A stretch of DNA of 64,000 nt from Octopus sinensis (taxonomy: Eukaryota), in assembly GCF_006345805.1 (NCBI RefSeq), contig NC_043013.1:37014001-37078000 (forward strand), given 5' to 3'. A model generated the notes under the pieces. The model did not search any database. It was given only the letters and a program-made list of their open reading frames with translations, and was not told the DNA's origin. Below are positions 42,057 through 56,600 of this stretch, piece after piece. The position numbers were made by a program, and so were the translations under genes. Every line of letters begins with the position of its first letter. Within the stretch, counting starts at the first letter, position 1.

Positions 42057-42505
42057 AGACTGCTGAGTTTTCTTGAGCTCTTCCGACTAATGTTGGAGCT
42101 TCAGCGGACAGAGTTTTTGAATATCTAAACTTTATCCTCCATAAGGATTTCGCACATACATACTGTAGAATAACATCTACTACCACAATTGTTCATCATC
42201 CCATCAACCACCCTTATTGGACTGTAAAAAAAAATTTGAACCGAGCGTCATAGACTTTCTAAACTAAACTCTATAGCGGCTATTCTCGACTGGAGTTCAT
42301 ATAAGATTTAGCTGGTTATACTTCTATGATACACAAAATATTTAACAACTTGTTATTAAATATTATTAAGAACAAATTATTATTAATTTTATCAATATTT
42401 AATCATAAAAACACATGTTTCTTAAACATCGAATAGCTGGGAGCGTTTATCCAAGAAAAACTGGATACAGAAGTGTCCATTGGTAAAAGATATATATATA
42501 TATAT

Positions 42506-42917
42506 AGGTGCAGGAGTGGTTGTGTGGTAAGTAGCTTGCTAACCAGCCACATAGTTCCGGGTTCAGTCCCACTGCGTGGCATCTAGGGTAAGTGTCTAGC
42601 GCTATAGCCCCGGGCCGACCAATGCCTTGTGAGCGGATTTGGTAGACGGAAACTGAAAGAAGCCTGTCGTATATATGTATATATATGTATATGTATGTGT
42701 GTGCGTGTTTGTGTGTCTGTGTTTGTCCCCCTAGCATTGCTTGACAACCGATGCTGGTGTGTTTACGTCCACGTCACTTAGCGGTTCGGCAAAACAGACC
42801 GATAGAATAAGTACTAGGCTTACAAAGAATAAGTCCAGGGGTCGATTCGCTTGACTAAAGGCGGTGCTCCAGCATGGTCGCAGTCAAATGACTGAAACAA
42901 GTAAAAGAGTAAAAGAG
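42506..42917 (+). mobile_element. Full-length SINE family B
   Basis: Head, CORE-like segment, short (TA)(TG), A-like segment, tail GCGGTGCTCCAGCATGG..CTGAAACAAGTAAAAGAG. Confidence 0.92.
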
Positions 42918-42968
<51 letters not shown>

Positions 42969-43141
42969 GTAGGTCCCGGGTTGAGTCGGGGTTAACCACA
43001 GTAAATAAGGTACTCAATACATAGCAGAGTAAATTAATTTATTTTATAGAAGGAGCTTCTACAGGACTAGAACTGTTTCATATATATATATATAATATAT
43101 GAAACAGTTCTGGTCCTGTAGAAACTCCTTCTATAAAATAA

Positions 43142-43143
<2 letters not shown>
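42969..43143. mobile_element. Short dispersed element ending in a 45-bp hairpin
   Basis: Near-identical to 56101-56269; arms 43037-43081 and 43099-43143. Confidence 0.8.
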
Positions 43144-43198
<55 letters not shown>

Positions 43199-43221
43199 TT
43201 GACCAACACTGGTCTCTAGTA

Positions 43222-43420
43222 CAGTAATCCCTCGACTATCGCGGGTGTTACGTTCCAAAACCCCGCTGCGATAGGCGAATATCCACAAAGTAGAAACAGT
43301 ACACTGAACTGTATATTTTTTCGTATTATTTTTATAATTTGTACATATTTATTTTATTATAAATGCAAAACAACCCCACGGAGGAATCGACGTAAGCCTA
43401 AATAATAAACCGCGATATGG
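43222..43420. mobile_element. Tigger/pogo-like MITE fragment
   Basis: TA|CAGTAATCCCTCGACTATCGCGGG terminus typical of pogo/Tigger TIRs; second TIR not clear. Confidence 0.5.
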
Positions 43421-43668
43421 CGAGCTTTCTCTGTATTAAAAATTATTTGGTCAGTCTGTAGTCAAGCTTGAGTTCAAAGCTGGTACTAAAATCAACTGAA
43501 ATTAGCTAATTACATACAGATAAAAACACAAGCACACACACTCACACATACGCACACATATATGTACATATACACATACAACTATACAAATCATTTGTAG
43601 AGGAAGGTATAAATTAGTAAATATGAAGACCGGTACTCTAAATCATAACATTTTCACTCATATATTTG

Positions 43669-43858
43669 TAGGCGCAGGCGTGGTTGTGTGCCTAGGCACA
43701 GGCGTAGCTGCGCGGTAAGCTGCTTGCTTCCAAACCACATGGCCCCGGGTTCAGTCCCATTGCATGGCACCTTGGACAAGTGTCTTCTACTATAGCCTCG
43801 GGCCGACCAAAACGTTGTGAATGAATTTGGCAAGTGGAAACTGAATGAAGCCCGTCGA
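43669..43858 (+). mobile_element. SINE family B 5' half with duplicated head start
   Basis: TAGGCGCAGGCGTGGTTGTGTGCC followed by TAGGCACAGGCGTAGCTG..., then the CORE-like segment. Confidence 0.8.
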
Positions 43859-43880
43859 AACTATATATATATATATATAT

Positions 43881-43961
<81 letters not shown>

Positions 43962-43967
43962 CATATA

Positions 43968-44375
43968 TGCCATAATATACATCTGGAAGATCCTAGATCG
44001 AGAGTTACACAAATGTCAGAACCGGGCGCCATTGCATAGTTCCAAGGACTCCAAATTTGCCATCAAGATGTAGGACGAGATACTGTGATTGCCTGGGCTT
44101 CCGAGGCCCACAGCTCTTCAATATCCTCCCGAAGAACCTAAGAGACCTGTATTGGGTGGATGCAGATGTCTTTAAAACAAAACTGGATCTCTTCTTATCA
44201 GGTATTCCAGGTGAACCAACTTCACGGCAGATGAGAGCAGCTCCATCGAACTCTCTCATGCACCAAATGACAGTTGCTAAAAAGCATTCGTGAAGTAAAA
44301 TCATGTAGCAACATCAAATGTCGGTGCCTAAGCATGGCCACAGCTTGTGAGCTGAAACTAGATAAAAACTAAAAA
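43968..44375 (+). mobile_element. CR1-clade LINE 3' end including 3' UTR
   Basis: IIYIWKIL, LGFRGPQLFNILPKNLRDL...FKTKLDLFLSGIPGEP..RAAPSNSL; tail CGGTGCCTAAGCATGGCCACAG..CTGAAAC. Confidence 0.85.
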
Positions 44376-44889
44376 ATGAATAAAATAATATACATAGATA
44401 TATGCAAATGAGCTGCTACTAACTATATTTGATATTCGCACTTAACTATCAGTTTTATTGACAAATTTGCGTTATTCTAAAATGTTCTATGTGTTGGATG
44501 TTACGAGCCGAAAGTTTTGGATACTTAAATGATCCTTAAATGGAAACCATAAATGTTGGCTTTAACAAGAAAATACTGAGAAGAGATCAGATTTCTTCAG
44601 CTTAATACTATTGAAATTTTACTGTTGACACTTAACTGAAAACAAAATATCCACTTTATTTTAAATACTGCACTTATCTCAATCGCACTTATACATACAT
44701 ACATACATACATACATACATAAATACATATATACATACATACATACACACACACATACACACATACACACATACACACATATATATGCATACATATATGC
44801 AGACATGCATACATATATACATTCATAAATGCATAGACTGATAGACAGATACATATAAATATATGTATATATATATATATATATATAAT

Positions 44890-44937
<48 letters not shown>

Positions 44938-45054
44938 CCTACATACATATATACCTACATATATACATATATATATATGATATATATACACATATACATA
45001 TCTATCTACCTATCGTACTTTCTCTGTATATGTGTGTATGTATATATATATGTG

Positions 45055-45141
<87 letters not shown>

Positions 45142-45244
45142 TTGTGTTTCTGTCTGTGTTTGTCCATCACTTGGCACCCGATGTTGGTCTGTTTACGTAC
45201 CAGTAGTAAGTAAAGGAAAAAGAATAAAAACGGAGTATATATAT

Positions 45245-45290
<46 letters not shown>

Positions 45291-47965
45291 TACGTATTCG
45301 ACATTGCATTCCGTTGTGAACATAAGCTGTAGAGGTAATTATGAAAGCGCTCCTATCGTGACAGACACTTTTTGTTCGTAGACCCACGTTATATTATTTC
45401 ATGTGCCCTTGCATTTCAGTGAATAGACACATGAATGAAAAGAACAAAATTATTATTATTATTGCTAGCAACCACGTACATGGTACTTAATACAAATGTA
45501 AGTGATTTAGAAAACCGGTTAAAACATCTGTATAAACCCAGTTAAAATATTTTAGGGTTAAGCTTACATGTTACTATAAAGTTGTTTTTTTTTAATATTT
45601 TATATATCGTCTATATGTTTTGTGAGCCACGCATGAGATTTAAATATAATTCTGGAGACAAATACAAGAAGCCATATAATTGTAAATGACACATATGTGA
45701 CACCACACATATATACATACGCACATACAGACATACAGACACAAACACATGCAAACATATATATATGTATATGTGACTGCATAAATATATACATTTATAT
45801 ATATTAATGCGTATACTTATATATATATGTACATACATGTATTTATGTACATGTGTGTATGTGCGTCTGTATGTATTTTTTTGTGAGGTTTGTGTGTGTG
45901 CGTGCATGTTTATGTATATAATTTGCTGAGTGTTTCAAGATGCCTGTTTGGTGTCGCTTTTAATGTATAAAACAGTTGGATTCTAATGTTCAAAATCACC
46001 AGACAGTCTCGTGTCTCATTCGAAGAAAAGAAATGCCAAAGAAGAGAGAGAGAGAGAGAGAGAGTTAGAGAAGGGGTGGGTACAGCAAGAAATTGAGAGC
46101 TGGAATTGGAAGAAAAATGAAAAACAATGAGGTGAGAGAGAGAGAGAGAGAGAGAGAACGAAAGAGAGAGAGAGATTGATAGATGGAGAGATAGATGAAT
46201 AGATATTTAGAGATAGATAAGATATATATATATAGAGAGAGAATGAGAGATAGAGAAAGATTGGTAGATAGGTAGAGAGTAAGACTAACGTACAGTGAGA
46301 AGGAGGGAGTGCAAGACAGAGAAACAAAAATTTTAAAGAGAAAAAGGTTTAATAATACGAATAGGAAAATGGGTGTGAAAAAATTGGAATGCATGCTTAG
46401 GTGAGTGCCAGATAAAATATACATACATGCAAACAAACAAACATACACACATAATAGATACATAGCCACGCATTGTAAGTATGTGTATATATGTGTGTAA
46501 GTATATAAACACACACATACGTTTATATATATATATAGATATACACATTTATATACATGAATATACTTACACGTACACATATATGTTTATATATTCGTAT
46601 ATACGTATGTATAAATATATACACAGACACACATGCACACACATATATATACATATATGCAGATATGCACTCGTACATATATTTTTATCCGTATGTTTGC
46701 TTCTGTGTCGTCGTGTACGTTTGGGTCTATATATGTACACATACACACACACACACATACACACATACACACACACATATATATATATATACATTTACAT
46801 ATATATATACATATATATATCCATATATATATACTTATATACATAGATATATATTTATATGCATATATACATATATATGTATATATGTATATATACATAT
46901 ACATACATAAACATATACATAAACATATACATATACATGTATACATACATATATATGTGTATGTATGTATGTTTATGTATGTAAATCTTGCACATACATA
47001 CACACAGATACATATAAGAGGGCAGCGTTTCGTCCTAAGGAAGAAAAGAAAAAAAAGGAAACAAAATTATTCCGTTATATTAGTTTTTTTTTGTTTTCTT
47101 TCTCATACTCGATCATGTCTTAGAAATCTTTATGGTTTTATAGCTCTCTTGAGATATGTATCTCAGCAAAATTAACTTTGCTTCGTACAAATCTATTGAC
47201 AAAAACCCCACTCGTTCATCATCTAATACCTACTTCAATCTAAAGACCAAACACCCAAAAACTTAAAGAATCAAAATCCAGATTCCACCATTGTAAGGTT
47301 ACAAGTGGGGAACGTGATCGCTAATGCCTTGGAAATTCCGTTAAGTATTACACGTTGTTGTAGCTGTTTTTTTTTTTTTTGTTTTGTTATTATCCTTATA
47401 ACCATTATTAGTATTATCAATTATATTATTTTCATTATTGTCATTCTGTGCTTTTAGTATCTGAATTATTTATAATTTTTCTATGCTCTTATTATTATTT
47501 TTTCTTTTTGATGCCACTGATCAGATATGGAAGACGGACATGTGAAGAGAAATAAAATGAACTGTTAGACGAAATAAAATAAAATTACCTTCTATTCACT
47601 GTCCCTGTGTCTGCCGTTTATCAGTCTTTGTCTGTCTGTTCGTATGTCTGCATCACTGTGTCCTACATATATATGCATACATATATACACAGACACACAC
47701 GCATATATCTTTGTATGTACGTATTTATATGAATGTATATATATATATAAGTGTATGTGTATACACAGACACTACACACACATACACAAACAAACACACA
47801 GAGCACGAACACACGCACACACGTGCACATACACACACGCATACACGTGCACACACACACACATATATATATATATCACTGACGAACATGCGCACAAGCA
47901 CATAGCGCATATAAATAGAGTCGTCGTAACTATATAAATTCACATAAGATGACATCTATCAATCC

Positions 47966-48044
<79 letters not shown>

Positions 48045-48192
48045 CATATATGTATATATATATATATATATATTCATAAATACTTATATATACCTCTGTA
48101 CACACATATATGAGCATGTCTATGTATATAGATATGTACATGTATGTGTGTATATATGTATATATGTATATAAGTATACATGAGTATATATG

Positions 48193-48229
<37 letters not shown>

Positions 48230-48269
48230 ATATTATATATATATATTATATATATATATAATGTGACCG

Positions 48270-48470
48270 CGTGTGTACCGTTGGCGATTTTTTTCCTATC
48301 TTCCCTTCTCTGGATCTTTCCTTCTCCTATATTTCCGACGAAGAGTTCCGCTCGAAACGTTAAACCCTCCTTCTTTCCTTCTTTCCTGAGCGTCCAATAA
48401 AGCTATATCTGTTCCACGTCTTCGCGTTGTTGTGTTCTTTTTTGTGCTTTGATGTTTGGATTAACTTTAT
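48270..48470 (+). mobile_element. Family P-related repeat with minimal HHR-like motif
   Basis: TTT-CCGACGA-A-GAG-TTCCG-CTC-GAAA-CGT-T-AAA at 48332-48364, followed by the CCTGAGCGTC-type sequence seen in other P copies. Confidence 0.5.
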
Positions 48471-49360
48471 ATATATATATATATATATAACATTGCTTGC
48501 ACAATTCCGTACACCATTATGAACACTCTGTAATCTTATAAAAGTCATTATACAAATACTGTTCCGTTATCATTGCTGTCTATACCGACCTGTTTCTTCA
48601 TATAAATGTTAGAAGTGCTGAATGCCAAATAAATCCTATCTTCTTGCTGTTCCTTACTAATACAGTGAAACATAATTATACTGAGATTGGTACAATCTTG
48701 GCTAAGTGGAAACATAAAACACCAAAACACAATGTAGGATAAGTTCCAAAAACAGACATTCGTACGACATTAGAGTAAGAACCAAGAACTTACCACAGGA
48801 ATACACCGATACCAGAAATGCAGGCATACCTGGAAATGTTGCATCAACGGACTAATGAATTTGAACTAAGAATGTGTTGACGTACCTATCAGGTTCATAA
48901 AATGCTGCCAACAAATTAGAGATAAACTTGAAGATGATTTCTATAGATTTATGCACTACACAAGGCGTTACATTTTTAGGGCTACTCCACATAGTTCGAA
49001 GCATGCATTCTCCCATATATACGCTGTAAAGAATATATATATGTAGTCGAAACTTTCTTTTGTTTTTTTGTATTCGTAATTGTGTACCATGCGTACCATA
49101 TTCTCCGTTTTTCGTCTTTGTTGTCGTATACAGTCGCTCGCTTTCTTAGAAACGGGTATAATGCTCTTAGCTTAGGCGTTTTGCGGGGGGGGGGGGCAAC
49201 CAGATCGAAGCATCTCAAGTGTAACTTCTGGTACTTGGCTGAGGAAAGAAGGCCATGAATGACCCGTCATTTTTTGTATGTCCTAATTGTTGTTTCTCTT
49301 GTCTGCCTGTTGTATCGTCTACCTGTCCGAATGTTTTATCATGCTGTATTACATTTATTT

Positions 49361-49413
<53 letters not shown>

Positions 49414-49675
49414 ATATATGTTTGTAGGTATATAAATATGTGTTTTCTGTTAAGGTCCTCTCTACAGATTTTGTATAGGTTAACTATAGCGAAAATATTA
49501 GCGAGTGAAGTAATAGCACTGCTAACACAGTAGAACATACTACTGCTTTATAAAACCGTTTCATATACTTTTTATAGTATATCATGTTTGCATGACAAAA
49601 TACAAGGCCCTTACAGGTCATATAAATATCTGTGTGAGCTTTCTTTGCACTAAAACTGCTATCTATCCGTCTAAA

Positions 49676-49713
<38 letters not shown>

Positions 49714-50536
49714 CGTTCCTACTTACCTACCTCCATTCCTCCCTCCTTACCAACCAACCAACCAACCTGCCTGCCTACCTACATACCTACCTACATAAAA
49801 CATATCTACCTACATAAAACCTACCTACCTACCCACCTACCTACCAATCTACTGATATCTCTCTCTCTATCTATCTATCTATGTCTCTAATTGTCTCTCC
49901 TACTTCTTTTTCTAGGTATCAAAATGTTTGCGGCATTATCTAACAACATCACACCTTCAATTTACTCTGAGCAGCAGTTCTGGCCCATTCTGTAGCGCTT
50001 ATCTCGATTTGTTCGTGCATACATTTGTCAGAACCAACTGGGTTTATCATTCAGTAACTATTTCCGTAACTAAGCCTATCGCCCAACAACTGCTATCATA
50101 TTTTATTTTATGATTTATGCTTTGTGAATTCATGTGGCATATCCAGATATGAAAAAGAGAAAGAGGATAATTACTCTAGCTGACGAAAAAACTATATAGC
50201 AAAAATAAGTTAAAATTAAAATTACATCGTATGCCCTTGGAGACTGGGAATGTCGCTGATATTTAAATCAAGAAAAAATAATGGTAACAATTATGTTGGA
50301 TTAAATTTCTGGAGAAACGAATAATCACGAAATTGTTGAGATTCCCCTTTCATGCGTTTGTTTCCTCTCATTTAATGTGTCTATGACTTATACTTTCCAC
50401 AAGAACTCACTCTGCGGTCACTCGATGTGCTAGAAATAGGAGTCTAAACTTCGTGAAATAACATCGTACCATTATATGGAAGTCAAATCAAGCTCTGTGT
50501 ATGCGGAATATTTATATACATACATACATATATATA

Positions 50537-50590
<54 letters not shown>

Positions 50591-51640
50591 AAGAATAGAA
50601 AAGTGTGAAAAAACTACAGAAGGCTTGTTTTATAAGGTTAAAGAATATATTTGAGTCGTTATGTTAGAAAAATGTTATAAAATTTTGCATATCGTAACAT
50701 AGATTTTGGAGAAATTACCGGTTTCGTGTTAACTTTTCAAATTTCTCAAATGTCTTTACCTACATCGTGTCATGTCTTCGTTACGTCGTGCAAAGAAGAC
50801 TTCCAGGCAGGGGGAGGTAATAAACGATTTCTTCCGGTATAAGGGAAATAATCGCTTTATATTTCTTTTCCCCTTTTTTAATGAGATGAGTTTCTCTGTA
50901 TAAGAATGTTAGGGTGGTTAAGTTCAGGCTTATATTTTTCAATGAAGAATGTTTCCTTGTTTAATCTAATTTGTGTTGGTGTTCCAATAGCACATTGATA
51001 GAATGGAAAGATTAAAATTGTGGTAGTAGTTGCTTTGCGCATTTCTCAATATGCTCACTAAAGGGTATTATTCTGTATTCTGGGAATGCAATCTGTTGTC
51101 GACGCAGAGTGCATCTACATCTGAGTGATAATCCCGTGGACCTACGTAGTTTTAGTGGCAGCCCGAGCACCTTATGACATAAATTATGTTTTCAGATCTG
51201 ATCAGATCTAATTTTACTTGTGCTTCTTAGAGGAAACACAAAATACCTGAAAACACGAAAATTTAATCTTAATACACTTTTAGTCCTCTGTTTTTCTGGG
51301 GAAGAAAATTCAAATGTTGTTTTCAATCTTACCCCTTTCTAGCAACAAATTTTCCCTAAACAATAATGGTTAGGTAACGAGGACAGATGCTTATACAGAT
51401 CCCAGTAATTTAATAGAATTTTCCTCCGGTTTCCAAAATCAAGAACTAACTGGGCGCGAGTTGAAATCAGATAGGTAGCTAAATAGCCCAAGATAATTTG
51501 ACCGATGCCCTGCATATTTAGATACTTAATCTTAATATAAATACGATATTTAGGTCGTAGGAATAGTAGGTTAAGATGATAATATTCTAGTGGTTCTTAG
51601 TCTATCGACGCTTGGTAGATGAAAAGCAAAAGGGTGTTAC

Positions 51641-52194
51641 TTTTGGGTTGTCCGCATCTTTACAGGAAAGAAAAAGGTCAATAAATACTTGCCATTACAT
51701 TTTTAATCAACCAAATATGAACCATTTTGTTGCACCATGCGTCTCCATTTTTCCTTTAACTTGAAAATACCCTCTTCCCAGAATTGAGTTTCGTGGCAAA
51801 GAATTCATCAAGGTATCTTTTTACGTCATCCAAGGAATTGAAATTTTTACCATTTAGACTATTCTGCAGAGACCCAAATAAATGGAAATCCGAAGGAGCA
51901 ATATCTAGTGAATATGGAGTGTTGGGTAACACATCCCAGTCGTGGTGCAGCAATATTTGTCTGGTTCCGAAACTATCAACTGTCGAAAATGAACGTTCTC
52001 ATCTTCCATTTTAAAGGGTTTCAAAATTAACACAGTTTATAGGAACATAAATCTTCTTCCACGAAGAGATAGCTAAAACTGTGCTCTAAATGGAGGAGCG
52101 GTGAAATCCTATTTTATGGACTCAATCATATTCTAAAATAAGTCGAAATGTAAGCTACTATAAATCGGCACGAACTTACCGACACAACGCAATA
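51641..52194 (-). mobile_element. Internally deleted mariner with both termini
   Basis: WDVLPNTPYSLDIAPSDFHLFGSLQNSLNG (YSPDLAPSD motif) fused close to the MEDENVHFR start; TIR-like TTGGGTTGTCCG at left and its inverse at 52160-52194. Confidence 0.85.
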
Positions 52195-52857
52195 AATGAA
52201 GAAAAAGATTTTTCCCCGCGCGCTATGCAACCTGGCATTCACGTACATCATTAACTCTAGACAATAATAATGAAACTTAATTAATTTATTGAATTGATTT
52301 TGTATCTGTATTTTGACTGGGTGTAATTTTGACGGGGAACTGTATCCTGTATCACGCTAAGAAATACCTTGCTGCTTTATTCACTAGATATATATACATG
52401 CTCCGCCCTTTTCTACTTAAGAAGTTATCTATCCATATTGGTGGTAAGCTTGATAGAATGACGAATAGATAATTAGATAAACATAAACACAAACACACAA
52501 ACACATACACAGGCACACATACACACCCACACACGCTCGCACTCGCGAAGTTGGTATATTCAGTTATCTAAACAACTTATAACACAATTCTATCTTTTAG
52601 AACAAATTTCAATATTACAGAGAGGCCTACAAGATAGTGAGGTGGCACACCGGGTAAAAAGCTCAGTGGCACTTCGTCCGTCTTCCCGTCCTGAGTTGAA
52701 ACTACGCCGGGGTCACCTTAGCCTTTTATCATTTCGCCGTCGATGAAATAAGTACGAATTAAGTAAGAAGATTGAGCCCTCCATGTAAACGTTTGTCTTG
52801 TGCCAAAATTTGTAACAAATATTAAAGACAGGTAAAAATGTATTTGTTTGTTCCTTC

Positions 52858-53038
52858 TCGAGCTACGCTTGACTCATTAGGGCCGGTTTCCCGGTTTCCT
52901 TGGCGTATAGGTTCCCCACCTGGACGTAGAGCTTAGGTGATTCGCTCATAAACACACACATAGCCTAGTCTGAGATTCGAACCCGTAATCCCTCGATCGC
53001 GAGTCCGCTGCACTAACCACTAGGCCATGTGCCCCCAC
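52858..53038 (-). mobile_element. tRNA-derived SINE with family C-like head and a different body
   Basis: Head similar to 6120-6222 (GGACTCGCG...GGTTCGAATCTCAGAC). Confidence 0.7.
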
Positions 53039-53216
53039 AAAAGTTTATTTAGTTACGGATTAATATAAATGTGAAGGTTTCATTCCACGTGTGCGTGCAG
53101 GTCACGCATCACCGATTATTGACTATTTATGTTGAATGAATTTTCGGAAACATGTCTTTTTCTATATTGGTTTGAAGAAAGGAAAACGTCGCTGGAGTAC
53201 GTAAGAAACTTTCTCG

Positions 53217-53277
<61 letters not shown>

Positions 53278-53538
53278 TGTATGTATGTATGTATATATGT
53301 ATGTATGTATGTATGTATATATATATATAAATATATGTGTGTGTGTTTGTGTATTCTATATTTAAATTCTCTGTCCAAATACAGTATCTCACAATAGCAT
53401 TAGTTATAGAGCCAGTAATTGACGAATTAGATGTAGATTGCGCGTATGTTAAAAAAACTCCACGTCTAGTTGATTTAAAATTGTATTGCACGGATTGTAT
53501 TTGTCTAATCACCATCCGTCTCTCTCTCCCCCTTTCTC

Positions 53539-53571
<33 letters not shown>

Positions 53572-53618
53572 TATATCTTATCTCTGAATCTCTCCTTTCA
53601 TCAGTATACATGGGTGTT

Positions 53619-53660
<42 letters not shown>

Positions 53661-53669
53661 GTTGGGTTC

Positions 53670-53723
<54 letters not shown>

Positions 53724-53751
53724 GATCTATCTATCTATCTATCTATCTATA

Positions 53752-54337
53752 TCAGCTGAGTCTATCGTCAATATTGTCACGCCTCCTTCCTTCAAACGGG
53801 AAGGAGAGCTATTTTCATCATCCTTGTGGCTATGGCGAAAGAATGTATCTGGTGACGCGTCTGAAAGGATTGGAGACAAACACTTTCCTCTCTGGTCAAT
53901 CTCATCAACAACTTCTTCAAGTACCACTTGAAAAGGAAAGTGAGTGTAGAGGCAAGTTTTGTCTAGCGAATGTTAAAAAAAGAGGGTGAATGTAGCAAGA
54001 ATGGCACGTATGAATGACGAAGCCACCTTGAGCATAGTAGTCCTATGAACCCAGAAATCGAAAACAAGAGTTGCTTATTTGCAAAAAAAAAAAAAAAAAA
54101 AAAAATATGAAATGACTTCATTGACCGAGGTTACCGTGGTCTTTTCCGCAGGCTTTTCTTTCCACGGGTAAACCTCACCTGTCCTCCCCTTTACACTTCA
54201 TATTGACATTTCTGTGATAACGATCCATTGATCATTTTTTTTTTTCCTCTCCCCCCCCTTTTTTTTTTTTTTTTAACCCCCCTTATTTTTGTCCTCCTTC
54301 TCTCCTTTTACGATCCCTTTGATCGAACCTCCCCCTT

Positions 54338-54375
<38 letters not shown>

Positions 54376-54450
54376 CCTTCAAAAGAAAAGCTCTACCTTG
54401 TAATTTGTTCTATCTGTGTGCAGCCCTGTGTGGCTAATAAAGAAACATAT
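53752..54450 (+). mobile_element. Tx1/L1-like LINE 3' end (ORF2 C-terminus and 3' UTR)
   Basis: IILVAMAKECIW..LSSLVNLINNFFKYHLKRKVSVE with in-frame stops; pyrimidine-rich UTR ending AATAAAGAAACATATCTATC. Confidence 0.6.
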
Positions 54451-56100
54451 CTATCCACCAATTTATTTCTCTATCTTTCAACCTCTGTACGCGTCTGCGA
54501 TCTCACGCGTTCGTGTGTATGCACAAGTGTATAAATTCGGAACGAGGCAGTTTAAGAAATATCTAAAATTAATTCTTAGAATATATCTATGTTGACTGTG
54601 TTCTAAGTACTGTCTAGGAGGCCACACACATAATGAAATGTAATTTGGAAGGAGAAGTCTTTTCTCCCGCAGCTTACTGATTTGGTTTTTGAAGATTTCA
54701 TTTCTTGCCTGCACTCAATGACTTGGTTCAAACACAGATGAAGATATTAAGTAACCTAACAAATACAAACAAACAATACCCTGTAAACTTGTACACATAC
54801 ACACAAACATTGAATAATTACATATACGCACTTACAGTTGTGTACATACGTACGGGCACACACACATATATACGTATACATACATACAAACATACACATA
54901 CACACACACACGTATATAATTTGTGTGTGTGTGTGTGTGTCCGTGCGTATGCGTGTGTAGTGTGTGAGTACGATTGTATTGGCACATTCTTATCATCGCA
55001 TTCATTACTTATGTTTCTGAACGTAATTTTTCATACAGATTTATATAAACAAACACCGATAAACATACATACATACACACATACATACATACATGCATAC
55101 ATACATATATACATACATGCATGCATGCATACATACATACATACATACATACATACATACATACATACATACATACATGCATACATACATATATACATAC
55201 ATACATACGTACATACAAACATGCATATATAATGCATACATATATATGCATGCACACACATATATAAATATATACTTATAAATACATATATATATATATA
55301 TGTGTGTGTGTGTGTATGTGTGTGTGTGTACATACATTCAGACAAACACTCACACCCTCAGTTGCACACGCGCGCACACACACACAAATATAATTACATA
55401 TATACATGTGTATGTGTGTGTTTGTGTATGTGTACATATGTAAACATAATGTGTATTCTCGTAGTTTATTGATTAATGTTTTCATGTATAAAATAAGAAA
55501 TTAGTTTAGCAGTAAAATAAAAACCGGAATACGAATAAATATATGGAACAGCTGCATCAGAAGCAGCAGTTGTGATAGCAGCAGCAGCACCAGTAGCAGC
55601 AGCAACGGCAGCAGCAGCAGCAGCAGCAGCAGCAAACGAAGCAGTATAATTAATAACGACTTTAAGAATAGCCAAAAACCACCAAAGCAAATGAAACTAA
55701 CTGAGAAGAAATAATACGAGTAGAAATAATTTACATATGTAAACATATATGTTAGGACTGGAAAAAAAGAAAAGTAATTTGGTCAACAGCGAGTATAGAT
55801 AGCATATACAAAAAGTGAAGCTAATAATATGTTAAGAAAAACAAAGGGGAATTATCCGATCAGACAGAATAACAACTGCATCTAAAGTAACAATGACAAT
55901 AGTAGAAATAAGAAACTGGTAAAAGAAAAGCGACTTTGAATATCAATAATCCACTCAAATACTCTGCTATTCTAGAAGCTAAAAAGAAACGAAATATTTC
56001 ATTCCAAACACTCTGTCTTTTATTGCTTCTCCTCTCTCGCATTCGCTCTCGATTTCGACGAGAATGTTTGTCTCTTTTATATATATATATATGTATATAT

Positions 56101-56269
56101 GTAGGTCCCGGGTCGAGTCGGGGTTAACCACAGTAAATAAGGTACTCAATACATAGCAGATTAAATTAATTTATTTTATAGAAGGAGCTTCTACAGGACT
56201 AGAAATCCTGATGATTTCTTTTGAATGAAACACTTCTAGTCCTGTAGAAGCTCTTTCTATAAAATAAAT
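56101..56269. mobile_element. Second copy of the hairpin element; loop contains CTGATGA...GAAA
   Basis: Arms 56169-56204 and 56234-56269; CTGATGA at 56208-56214, GAAA at 56227-56230. Confidence 0.8.
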
Positions 56270-56270
56270 A

Positions 56271-56314
<44 letters not shown>

Positions 56315-56429
56315 ATGTGTGTGTGTGTGTGTTGTGTGTGTGTGTGTGGTGTTGTGTGTGTGTGTGGTGTGTGTGTGTGTGTGGCTTTGTACGTATGTAT
56401 ATATGTATATTTGGTGGTTGTCTACTCTT

Positions 56430-56600
56430 TATGCTAAGTTTGACCACCTCCTACGCTTACACCTTAGCACCATCATGGCATCTGATGTGGCTTTTTAAAC
56501 CAGAAAATGCTCTGAAAAGACACCCACATAGAGTGCAGATCCGATTTGGACTACCAAGAGCTGCAGATAAGTTCTGATATTTATGGATCACTAGCGTCCC
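56430..56600 (-). mobile_element. RTE-clade LINE 3' end (terminal C2H2-like finger)
   Basis: Minus frame RICTLCGCLFRAFSGLKSHIRCHDGAKV*, stop at 56457-56459. A terminal CxxC...HxRxH is typical of RTE elements. Confidence 0.6.

Noticed and set aside
55540-55660. Poly-Ala/poly-Gln-like ORF
   Set aside because: (GCA)n microsatellite with stops in the Gln frame and no splice context
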